The notes below the pieces were generated by a model that searched no databases, was not told the origin of the DNA, and was given only the letters and a program-made list of their open reading frames with translations. Below, piece by piece: positions 29,015-37,902 of a stretch of 64,000 bases of DNA. The stretch lies in assembly GCA_965223665.1 (NCBI GenBank), contig OZ245011.1, positions 2,560,001 through 2,624,000 on the forward strand, given 5' to 3'. Positions within the stretch are counted from its first letter, which is position 1. Each line of letters begins with the position of its first letter. The position numbers were made by a program, and so were the translations under genes. The stretch is from Nitrospinaceae bacterium (GTDB lineage Bacteria; Nitrospinota; Nitrospinia; Nitrospinales; Nitrospinaceae).

Positions 29015-29758
29015 TTAGTTTTCCTGGGCAACCGAAAAATCATCCTCTTGAGCTCCCTGCCCCTCTACTTCAAGGACCCCCTCTTCACCAATCACCTTTT
29101 CTCCCAGCATGTTTGAGACCTCAGAAATATTAAGTGACATTTTTACATATGCATCACCAGATTCATTCCAGCCAAAGTCAGAAACATCTGCTAAATAACA
29201 CGTCGCAAGAACTTTTACTTTCACCTCATCTGAGGTCAGAATGTAATTATTAATAGTAGTATGGCTTTCCAGAGTGAATCCCACAATCCGCTTAGCCAAC
29301 TGTTTATAAGCATCTACTTCTGCAGCACGCAACGCTTTTAAAGGCCCTGCCAATGAAGGGGTAGATGTTGAAAAAGCAACTCGTTTAAAAACTTTATTAC
29401 CCAAATTTACCGTCTTACCATCTATATTAGTAATGCTTTCAAGTCTTACGGAGGCAGTGACTTTCGCCAAATCCTTTTCAGGATCATATAAAACCTCCTC
29501 AAATTTGATCCCCTTCATAAACGCTTTTGCTTTTGTCTCTGTTTTGCCAACAAATTTTGCTGCAACCATATTTTCCACCTCTTCGGTACTTCGTACTTTC
29601 ATGCCATAAACTGATTCGATTAAACCTCTTTCAGCTAAAACTTTTGCAGCCGTTATAGTCATAATTCTTTTATTTCCAGCACTAGCGCTAACCACGGAAA
29701 TTAAAAAGACAACAGCAAGCAAAATAAAAAAGCTAATGGTTTTATTAATTCTTACCAT
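29015..29758 (-). CDS. Exported protein with two LPP20/FlgP-like domains
   Basis: Signal peptide; internal duplication AAKVLAERGLIESVYG.KV.S...V.N / AAEVDAYKQLAKRIVG..L.S...I.N. Confidence 0.7.
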   Translation of the reverse strand: MVRINKTISFFILLAVVFLISVVSASAGNKRIMTITAAKVLAERGLIESVYGMKVRSTEEVENMVAAKFVGKTETKAKAFMKGIKFEEVLYDPEKDLAKVTASVRLESITNIDGKTVNLGNKVFKRVAFSTSTPSLAGPLKALRAAEVDAYKQLAKRIVGFTLESHTTINNYILTSDEVKVKVLATCYLADVSDFGWNESGDAYVKMSLNISEVSNMLGEKVIGEEGVLEVEGQGAQEDDFSVAQEN

Positions 29759-30083
29759 CCGCCTCTCCTTCTAAAGATGGTTGGTCTTTATGTTTTTTAT
29801 TTAACTGAATTTTCCCCTCCTTTATAAGAGAAGATTTTTTGTCATAGGTCTTAAATAAAATCTTGGTAGTTTTTCTCTCATTAATAAATACTTTTGCTTC
29901 AACGCGTCCATTTTTAGGTAAATCCGGCAAAGAGCCAACAACACTTTTATTCAATTGATCCATCTGGTCAATTCTCTTTTCTATAAGCTCAGAATTCCCC
30001 CCCCATGCAAGCCCTACGAAAAATATACAAAGAATTTTTATAAAAAATAAAATATTCAAACATATGATCTTAGAATTCTTCAT
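29745..30083 (-). CDS. Small exported hypothetical protein (112 aa)
   Basis: ATG 30083 (MKNSKII...) followed by a hydrophobic signal; overlaps both neighbours by 14 bp. Confidence 0.6.
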   Translation of the reverse strand: MKNSKIICLNILFFIKILCIFFVGLAWGGNSELIEKRIDQMDQLNKSVVGSLPDLPKNGRVEAKVFINERKTTKILFKTYDKKSSLIKEGKIQLNKKHKDQPSLEGEADGKN

Positions 30084-31491
30084 CACTAAGGATCCTTCCA
30101 ATTCCTGGAACACTTTTCTTTTGAGAATTAGGTTGCTTTTCTTTTTCTGGGGGATTGGAAGCTTGAGCATTGTGGCTTTGGACTGGCGCAGGATTCGATT
30201 GCACCCCTTCTGAATCCAAAATTTCTGGGGTTTCCTCTTTAGCAACTTCCGTAACAACACTCTTAGGAGCTTCTTCTAAATTATTTTGATTAATCTTGGT
30301 CAAAATCATTCGCCGCCCTAACGATTCTTTGTTAATGGGTATAGAAAAATAAATTTTTTTAAATAATTCTACATTTACTTTAGTGTTAGAAACCCCAAAA
30401 CTAGAGTCCACTTCTTTCAAAGCAGAAATCGTTGCCGGATCCAATGTACCATTTAAAGTAACATCATAACCGTATAAAAATAGCCATTCCTGAATTTTTA
30501 AAATAACTTCTGACTCGTTTAATGAAAAATAATAATTCTCTATCCCATCCACCACAACTATTCCAGGTTTAGCATCATCACCTAGAAGTCTCCAGTAAGG
30601 TAGGATAAAGTACTTTCCAATTATCTGAATCATACTCATTTCAACAAGAAGTCGGATTGCCGCATGCCTTCCCTGGACTTTTTTACTTGTTCCCTTAAGA
30701 CCGAAGTTAATTCCAAATAGACCAATCCCAAGCTCTTTACCTGCCACGGCCTTATGAACCTCCATGGTGGTAACCGTATTATTTCTTTGAATACCAACCA
30801 TAGTTTCAAAATTTAACAAATTGAAGTCCAGGGTTATACGAGCAAGCCCTTGCTTATTTCCAATACCACCTCTCAAAGACAAATCACCAGAAGACAAAAT
30901 ACTTGTTGGAGAACCCGGTATGGAAGCAGACCCATCAATATCCGTATTTTCTCCCTTTGTACTCAACCCTCTATCAAATTCTGTGATTCCACCACTTAAA
31001 ACCACCTCTGGGATAATTTTTTTCTCAAACCTTGAATATTCAGTATTTATCTGATTGGCCATAAAGTTTGGGTCGTATGGTATATATAATACGTTTCCAC
31101 CAATCGAGTTGAGCGAACTTTTAATCATTTCCGTAATATCTCTTGGTATTTCTCCTCCTGTCGAACCAGAGGTCCCGGTCAAATCGCTAATAGGTTTGCT
31201 TAGAATTTTCAAAATTGCCGTATCATAAATTTCGGTCATTAAACCTAAATCTCTTAATGCCTTTGTAAATGTAGTGGTTTTTACAGCGGGGGGAGTCGCT
31301 TTTAATTTTGCATCAACTTTTCTTGGGTCATTCGCGCAAGAAGAAACCAGGAAAAAAATAAGTAAGAAGGCCAACAAATAACTTGTCTGAAATATAAAAG
31401 ATTTACTTTTTAATCTATCTTCAAACATTGAAACCTTTGCATTTAAGAATATTTTTCTAAATAAGTAAATTATCCAAACTTCATCTATCAC
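30070..31491 (-). CDS. CsgG/HfaB-like outer-membrane lipoprotein with C-terminal peptidoglycan-binding-like domain
   Basis: Lipobox LVSS-C; ISDLTG...EIP; LSGGITEFD; ITLDFNL; AAIRLLVE; IQEWL...GY....NG.LD..T..ALK. Probable start ATG 31428. Confidence 0.7.
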   Translation of the reverse strand: MIDEVWIIYLFRKIFLNAKVSMFEDRLKSKSFIFQTSYLLAFLLIFFLVSSCANDPRKVDAKLKATPPAVKTTTFTKALRDLGLMTEIYDTAILKILSKPISDLTGTSGSTGGEIPRDITEMIKSSLNSIGGNVLYIPYDPNFMANQINTEYSRFEKKIIPEVVLSGGITEFDRGLSTKGENTDIDGSASIPGSPTSILSSGDLSLRGGIGNKQGLARITLDFNLLNFETMVGIQRNNTVTTMEVHKAVAGKELGIGLFGINFGLKGTSKKVQGRHAAIRLLVEMSMIQIIGKYFILPYWRLLGDDAKPGIVVVDGIENYYFSLNESEVILKIQEWLFLYGYDVTLNGTLDPATISALKEVDSSFGVSNTKVNVELFKKIYFSIPINKESLGRRMILTKINQNNLEEAPKSVVTEVAKEETPEILDSEGVQSNPAPVQSHNAQASNPPEKEKQPNSQKKSVPGIGRILSDEEF

Positions 31492-31735
31492 GCGAACAAT
31501 TGAAACTCAAGAAAATACAAATTCAATAGTTTTAAATCTAACCGGAAAAAAAATTCAGTTTTGGGGTAGGAGGTGACTAAACTCAGAAAAACCTTAAAGA
31601 GAAGATGGAGAAAAATTATCATACTAACCCTTCGCATAGAAAAATTTCCCTTGAGAGACAGTGACAGCTTTAAAGTACAAATCGATTTAGCAAAACAAAT
31701 AAACCTTTTGGGAAACTTACGAAATAGTATAAAAA

Positions 31736-32068
31736 TTACTTTTTGTCTGAAACAATATTAATTACTTCTTTTACATTTGATCCCGGTCCAATTACAATAC
31801 TGTTTTCATTATTGTCACCGTTATTGCACTTCGAGTTTTTTGAACAATTCTTAGCTTTGGATTTTGCTTTAACAATAATATAACTTATATTAGTATCGGT
31901 TTTACCTGCTTTGTCATTTTTGGCAATGCTATCATCAGTATATTTAGAAATACCATCGTCTAAATCTCCTCCTGCCATACTATTATCTAGAGGAAATGCC
32001 ACTAAGAAAATTAATTGAACTAGCAAAATAAATAATCTCGTGCTCATAATTATCTCTCCATATGTCAA
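31736..32068 (-). CDS. Small secreted protein with a partial repeat-like C-terminus
   Basis: Signal peptide (start likely ATG 32047, GGAGA RBS); C-terminal NENSIVIGPGSNVKEVINI; one Cys pair. Confidence 0.7.
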   Translation of the reverse strand: MTYGEIIMSTRLFILLVQLIFLVAFPLDNSMAGGDLDDGISKYTDDSIAKNDKAGKTDTNISYIIVKAKSKAKNCSKNSKCNNGDNNENSIVIGPGSNVKEVINIVSDKK

Positions 32069-32203
32069 ATAAACCAGGGAATCTTTTTATTGGCCGAAAG
32101 CTAAGTTTATAGATTGATATACGTTTCCCACCTTTAAAATCTTTAAAAAATCCAATATCAAATCCCTACTCATACCTTTAAATTTTTCCAAAAATTGGAA
32201 CAC

Positions 32204-32240
32204 GCTAAAAGGAAACCTCATTTTGGGGTTTCCTTTTAGC
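32204..32240 (-). terminator. Stem-loop downstream of the 164-aa repeat protein
   Basis: gctaaaaggaaacc-N9-ggtttccttttagc, 14-bp perfect inverted repeat. Confidence 0.7.
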
Positions 32241-32302
32241 TTTTAAAGATAAAGAACAAAAACAATTAATTTTAAAAAAAATATAAGTCAATATTTACTG
32301 TT

Positions 32303-32797
32303 TTATTCCATAGTCACAGAACCTACGCTTGCTTCGCTCCCTTGACCAATTGCTATATTGGCTGATTCTTTTACATCAGACTTATTAATTACTCTACCCT
32401 TAACGGAAGAATTTTTCATGGTAACGCTCCCCATGTTTGCTGTTGCATTTTTTCCGACCGCAATGTTGGCTGATTTATCTACATTAGATCTATTAATTAC
32501 TTTTCCTTTTACAGAAGAGTCTTCTAAGGTGACGCTACCCATGTTTGCTTTGGCATTTTTTCCAATTGCCATATTAGCTGATTTCTTAACATTGGATTTA
32601 TTGATTACTTTCCCTTTTACATTAGAGTTTTTTAGAGATATACCACCCATTCGAGCCTTTGCATTTTTCCCTACAGCTATGTTAGTCGATTTTTTTACTT
32701 TTGATTTGTTTAATAGCTTTCCTTTAACTTCTGAATCCGCATAGGCAGTTGAAATACCAAAAAGACAAAATATTAAAATTATTGTAAAATTTTTCAT
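32303..32797 (-). CDS. Secreted protein of exactly four 36-aa repeats (candidate amyloid/beta-solenoid subunit)
   Basis: 20-aa signal (..TAYA) + 4 x 36 aa, consensus [DN]S.VKGKVINKS.VK.SANIA[VI]GKNA.ANMGSVT[ML]. Confidence 0.85.
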   Translation of the reverse strand: MKNFTIILIFCLFGISTAYADSEVKGKLLNKSKVKKSTNIAVGKNAKARMGGISLKNSNVKGKVINKSNVKKSANMAIGKNAKANMGSVTLEDSSVKGKVINRSNVDKSANIAVGKNATANMGSVTMKNSSVKGRVINKSDVKESANIAIGQGSEASVGSVTME

Positions 32798-33009
32798 TTG
32801 AGTCCCCCTATTAAAAATTAGACATATAAAGTTGGATTACATTAAACTTCGCCATTTTTAAATTAAAACTAATATCCCTCTTTAAATAAAAAAGAACCAT
32901 AAGGAATCTAAAAATTTATTTTTCTATTTATAAAAGCTTGCCCATATCATTCAGAAATTATTAAAATTACCAAATGCAAGTCAGAAAAATCAGAAGATTC
33001 CTCAAAACG

Positions 33010-35058
33010 CTATTTAAAAACAATGGAATTTTTGTTGGAAGTTTTTCCTCCCACGGCAATATTGGTATTTTGACCAAAACTAAATAGAGATAAGTCCACA
33101 TCATTTATAATCAAACCAGATCCAGAAGAAGTACCAACGTTCCCACCTACATTGCGGTTTTTTATAACTACAGAACCTGAGTTTGCCTCACTGCCAGATC
33201 CTGCCGCTACATTTGTTACTAACGCGCCTTTTGCTCTATTAAAGATGTCGCCATCGAAGCTTCCATTTTCAAGAACCACAGACCCAAGGTTTGCTTTTGT
33301 ATTTCTACCAACAGCAATATTGGTTGCTATTCCTGCCCCTACGTTATTTACAATATTACCTTTCATAGAACTATTTTTCATACTTACAGAAGCTGTATTC
33401 GCCTCAGAATTACTTCCAACAGCAGCATTTGTTATTATTCCACCAACCGCGGTATTAGTGACACTTCCTTTTTTACTGCTGTTCTCCATATTTACGGAAC
33501 CTGTATTCGCCTTGCTATTACTTCCGATGGCAGCGTTTGTGATTATTCCTCCTGCAGCAGTATTCACTGTCGTGCCGGAGTTTTTGCTGTTCTCCATATT
33601 TACGGAACCTGTATTCGCCTTGCTATTACTTCCGATGGCAGCGTTTGTGATTATTCCTCCTGCAGCAGTATTCACTGTCGTGCCGGAGTTTTTACTGTTC
33701 TCCATATTCATGGAACCTGTATTCGCCTTGCTATTACTTCCGATGGCAGCGTTTGTGATTATTCCTCCTGCAGCAGTATTCACTGTCGTGCCGGAGTTTT
33801 TACTGTTCTCCATATTCATGGAACCTGTATTCGCCTTGCTATTACTTCCGATGGCAGCGTTTGTGATTATTCCTCCTGCAGCAGTATTCACTGTCGTGCC
33901 GGAGTTTTTGCTGTTCTCCATATTTACGGAACCTGTATTCGCCTTGCTATTACTTCCGATGGCAGCGTTTGTGATTATTCCTCCTGCAGCAGTATTCACT
34001 GTCGTGCCGGAGTTTTTACTGTTCTCCATATTCATGGAACCTGTATTCGCCTTGCTATTACTTCCGATGGCAGCGTTTGTTAAAGTCTGACCTGCGGCAG
34101 TATTTATGGAAGTACCGGAGTTTTTGCTGTTCTCCATATTCTTGGAACCTGTATTCGCCTTGCTATTACTTCCGATGGCAGCGTTTGTTAAAGTCTGACC
34201 TGCGGCAGTATTTATGGAAGTACCGGAGTTTTTGCTGTTCTCCATATTTACGGAACCTGTATTCGCCTTGCTATTACTTCCGATGGCAGCGTTTGTTAAA
34301 ATCTGACCTGCGGCAGTATTTATGGAAGTACCGGAGTTTTTGCTGTTCTCCATATTCTTGGAACCTGTATTCGCCTTGCTATTACTTCCGATGGCAGCGT
34401 TTGTTAAAGTCTGACCTGCGGCAGTATTTATGGAAGTACCGGAGTTTTTGCTGTTCTCCATATTCTTGGAACCTGTATTCGCCTTGCTATTACTTCCGAT
34501 GGCAGCGTTTGTTAAAGTCTGACCTGCGGCAGTATTTATGGAAGTACCGGAGTTTTTGCTGTTCTCCAAATCTAGGGAAGCTGTATTTGCTTTACTTTTA
34601 TTTCCTATAGCAATATTTGAAAGCATTTTCGAACTTGAGTTATTAACAACATCTCCTTTAACCTTACTTCCCGTCAGATTTACCGAATTTAAATTTGCTT
34701 TATTTTTGCTTCCAATCGCCAAGTTAACCTTATTCTTTCCTGTCGAAAAATTCAAAAGATTTCCATCTACTTCGCTTTTCTTTGAGCTTACAGAACCAAA
34801 GTTAGATTCATTATTCTTTCCAACAGCCAAATTGGCATTATTACTGCTCGAATCCTTATTAAGAATAAGTCCACTAGCCTTAGTATCCTTTAAATTTATC
34901 GACCCAAGGTTTGCTTTATTTTCTTTTCCAACAGAGATATTTGCAGAGTTTCTGGTTTTATTTAAGTTTATTACGGAACTTTTTACTTCCGATTCCGAAA
35001 AAACTAAAGAGGGATAAATAAATAAAAAGCCTACTATCCAAATAATTTTTTTGTTCAT
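33010..35058 (-). CDS. Secreted N/S/G/T/A-rich protein with about 17-18 36-aa repeats (candidate amyloid/beta-solenoid subunit)
   Basis: Signal peptide; repeat ENSKNSGT..NTAAG...TNAAIGSNSKANTGS.NM, homologous to the repeat of 32303..32797. Confidence 0.85.
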   Translation of the reverse strand: MNKKIIWIVGFLFIYPSLVFSESEVKSSVINLNKTRNSANISVGKENKANLGSINLKDTKASGLILNKDSSSNNANLAVGKNNESNFGSVSSKKSEVDGNLLNFSTGKNKVNLAIGSKNKANLNSVNLTGSKVKGDVVNNSSSKMLSNIAIGNKSKANTASLDLENSKNSGTSINTAAGQTLTNAAIGSNSKANTGSKNMENSKNSGTSINTAAGQTLTNAAIGSNSKANTGSKNMENSKNSGTSINTAAGQILTNAAIGSNSKANTGSVNMENSKNSGTSINTAAGQTLTNAAIGSNSKANTGSKNMENSKNSGTSINTAAGQTLTNAAIGSNSKANTGSMNMENSKNSGTTVNTAAGGIITNAAIGSNSKANTGSVNMENSKNSGTTVNTAAGGIITNAAIGSNSKANTGSMNMENSKNSGTTVNTAAGGIITNAAIGSNSKANTGSMNMENSKNSGTTVNTAAGGIITNAAIGSNSKANTGSVNMENSKNSGTTVNTAAGGIITNAAIGSNSKANTGSVNMENSSKKGSVTNTAVGGIITNAAVGSNSEANTASVSMKNSSMKGNIVNNVGAGIATNIAVGRNTKANLGSVVLENGSFDGDIFNRAKGALVTNVAAGSGSEANSGSVVIKNRNVGGNVGTSSGSGLIINDVDLSLFSFGQNTNIAVGGKTSNKNSIVFK
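33470..34568. repeat. 108-bp tandem repeat, 10 near-identical units in two blocks of five
   Basis: gttctcca recurs at 33481, 33589 ... 34021 ... 34561. Confidence 0.95.
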
Positions 35059-35840
35059 TACGCTCGGAGCCTCCCTTGTTGAGAGAGTATTTTTAAAATA
35101 ATTTTAAAGAAAAGGTATTTATGTAATTTTGGGAAAATACATTTAATTAACCAACGTCAAGGATGTTGAATTAATTTAATTACTACTTTTAGTTTTTATT
35201 ACTCAAACATTAAAAAAATCGGAAAACACCTTATTTTACTGTGTCACCATTAATTATAACTTTATAAGGATAATATAATTTGATAAATCTTGCTATTTAT
35301 ATAGGAATAAGTCAAACAATTTTTGAGACCAAAGTTATACCCTGAAGATTAGTTTTGGGAAAAATTGCCTATCAAGAAGGAACCCAAGGCACTCTGAAAG
35401 GGGTAACCTTATAACGAATTGATCTTATTATACTATTGTAAAGTATTAAAACAATTAGATTTAAAGACAAAACTTGGTAATAAAATAGGAGATATATTCA
35501 TTGGAGCTTGTTCGATACCAGGTTGGGGTTTATTGTTTTTAGCAATTTTCTCTTTTCTTACCAAGGTGAACCCTGGTCAAATCCCCTATTGAGAAAATTT
35601 TTACTATTGACACATAGTTTTAAAAATTAATTTCCTATTTAGCTGGCTCATCAAATAGCTGAGAATTTTTCACTACAAAAAATTGGTTGGAATATTTATT
35701 CTTACTCTAATTTAATCTTTTTAAGATAAGCGGGAAAAGTAGAATGCCATTATATTATCTAAAGAGGGTAAATTATGATTAATCAAAAAAACTTTTGGAA
35801 AAAATTGCCAAATAACAGATAAGATTTAATAGAGAAATAA

Positions 35841-36260
35841 ATGTTAAATTTTTTAATAGTTAAAAGCAGAATTAAGCTGTTTATTTTCCTTATTTTGTTA
35901 ACACCAAATGCTGTTTTACTCTGTTTAGTCCACCCTGCCATGGCTAAAAATATTTTGGTCAATCCTCCTTTTTCAGGTTCAAAATATGAGGTAGAAGCAG
36001 TAGAAGCTAATGCTTTTTCTTCAGGTCAGGTAATAGTCAATGGTAGAGTAAAAAATACCGATTTAATGCCTGTAAAAGGCTACGTGGTAATTTATTTTTT
36101 AGGTGAAGGAGAAGACTTATTACAAATCCGTGAAACAGAAGTTAATAACAAGAAAGAAATTGGTCCTGGATTGACTGGGAATTTTAAAATTATTACTCAA
36201 ATAGAAAACCAAAAAAACTTAAAGAGAGTTTATGTCGAATTTTTTAAATTACCACCTTAA
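35841..36260 (+). CDS. Small exported Ig-like (FxLYD-like) protein
   Basis: Signal segment; VNGRVKNT...V.IYF.......L......I.PG..G.F pattern. Confidence 0.5.
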   Translation: MLNFLIVKSRIKLFIFLILLTPNAVLLCLVHPAMAKNILVNPPFSGSKYEVEAVEANAFSSGQVIVNGRVKNTDLMPVKGYVVIYFLGEGEDLLQIRETEVNNKKEIGPGLTGNFKIITQIENQKNLKRVYVEFFKLPP

Positions 36261-36594
36261 AAATAAAAAAACTATTCAAGCCAAATTATGGTATGAGAAC
36301 TACTTTTCACAAAACTTTCTAATTAAGGTTTTAAATTTATTAGCGTAAATATGATTTAGGTAAATTTCTATACTAAAAACTTAAAATAATATAATCATTT
36401 ACCATTTTTTTTATTCTTATTATTTGTCCAAAACATGTAATATTTTTAATCAAAATAATTAATTTTTATTACATTTTATCCGAAATTTTATGAAGAATAA
36501 CTTGATCACCATATCTCCCGGGTCATAAAATGAAAAATTATTCCAAAATCCTTTTTGAGATAATCCAAAGTTATTAAAACAAAATTTAAAAGTT

Positions 36595-37758
36595 ATGCAA
36601 TTAATAAAAATGCCTATATATAAAAACGTAGCGCGACTTTTAATTTATTTTGCCTTAACATCGATATTCTATTCCTTTCACATGGCTGAGGGATTTGAAC
36701 AAAACACACCTCCCCTTAGGAAAAATGTTGAGTTGATACTAAAGTCAATTCACCATCAAAATCAACTTGAAGGAAAAAAAGTTACAGCTTTTTATATTTA
36801 TGAAAGAAACTCTAAAAAATCTTGCTCTCTCTCTAATACTCTGACAGATATAATTCAAGATGTTCTTCATAGCGTTAGAGAGTATGTTAAATTCACTATC
36901 CTTACCCGGGATGAAATTGATATTATTGAGCAAGAAACTTTAATAAAGGCCGGTGGTGGTATCGATTCGGAAGATACCTCCTACGATCCAATTTCTCTTC
37001 TAGGTTCGGCAGATGTGATAATTTCCGCGACTTATCAAAATTTTAACAATAATTCTTTTAACGTTGCACTAAAAGCCATAAAAATAGAGGAAAATGGAGC
37101 AAAACAATTAGCATTTAAGAAAGTGCTGTTAAAAAAAAATGGCTTGAGTAATGAGGATCTAAAATGTCTTACATCAACCGGAAAAAGCAATGACTCTACA
37201 GATATTTCCGCAAAGTTTACTTTTTTAAATGATAATAACTTACGATTGGAGTCGGGGGCAAGGGTCACAAAAGGGGAGCGTTACCATATTTTACTTGAAG
37301 TAACTCAAACCTCTTGGGTCTATACTTTTGGTATTGATGGGAGTTCAATATTATCGCCAATTTTCCCACATTATAAAATAATTTATAGCAATCCCCTTAA
37401 ACCAGGAAAAACCTATCAACTTCCGGGCTCGGGACAACAATATCGTTTTGATGACACAAAAGGGGAAGAGACATTTTATACATTGATTTCAAATAAACCT
37501 CTAGACCGCCTGGAAAAGTTGCTCACTCTTGCTTCTAAGGAAAAAGTAACAATCACCAAAAAAGAATTGTTTGGGAAACATATGGTACAAAGTTTAGATT
37601 ATTCTGTATCAGAGGCAAGGAAAGAATTGCATAAATATGGGCGGGGGATAATTATTGAAAATATTGATACCAACAATAATAAAGCTAATAATGTATTTGA
37701 ACACTTGGAGTCAGATACTGGTTTAATCATCAGGAAATTAGAGTTTGATCACTATTAA
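36595..37758 (+). CDS. Exported protein, N-terminal FlgO/CsgG-like alpha/beta domain + DUF4384
   Basis: FTILTRDEIDIIEQE...LLGSADVIISATY; GERY.I......WVY.F.IDG....PIFP...YQLP....Y.FD.TKGEETFY...S. Confidence 0.7.
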   Translation: MQLIKMPIYKNVARLLIYFALTSIFYSFHMAEGFEQNTPPLRKNVELILKSIHHQNQLEGKKVTAFYIYERNSKKSCSLSNTLTDIIQDVLHSVREYVKFTILTRDEIDIIEQETLIKAGGGIDSEDTSYDPISLLGSADVIISATYQNFNNNSFNVALKAIKIEENGAKQLAFKKVLLKKNGLSNEDLKCLTSTGKSNDSTDISAKFTFLNDNNLRLESGARVTKGERYHILLEVTQTSWVYTFGIDGSSILSPIFPHYKIIYSNPLKPGKTYQLPGSGQQYRFDDTKGEETFYTLISNKPLDRLEKLLTLASKEKVTITKKELFGKHMVQSLDYSVSEARKELHKYGRGIIIENIDTNNNKANNVFEHLESDTGLIIRKLEFDHY

Positions 37759-37902
37759 TTTTAAAATTCAACATTTTTCCATAATACCTTTTTCCCACCA
37801 AAGAATTTTGATTAACCTGTTTACTTGGATTTCATTGGGAAAAAAATATTTAATTTTTTTGAATATAAATCAAGAGACCAATCTCAAATATGAAAAACTA
37901 CA

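Noticed and set aside
30084-30260. N-terminal extension of ORF 29745..30260
   Set aside because: Overlaps the CsgG-like gene out of frame; ATG 30083 gives a proper signal peptide.
33152-35017. + strand repetitive ORFs, or a CRISPR array
   Set aside because: Antisense shadows; the 108-bp units are in-frame coding repeats without unique spacers, and no cas genes are present.
32303-35058. Calling the repeat genes csgA/csgB or fapC
   Set aside because: Repeat length and consensus differ from curlin, and the Gln-rich curlin/Fap motifs are absent; analogy only.
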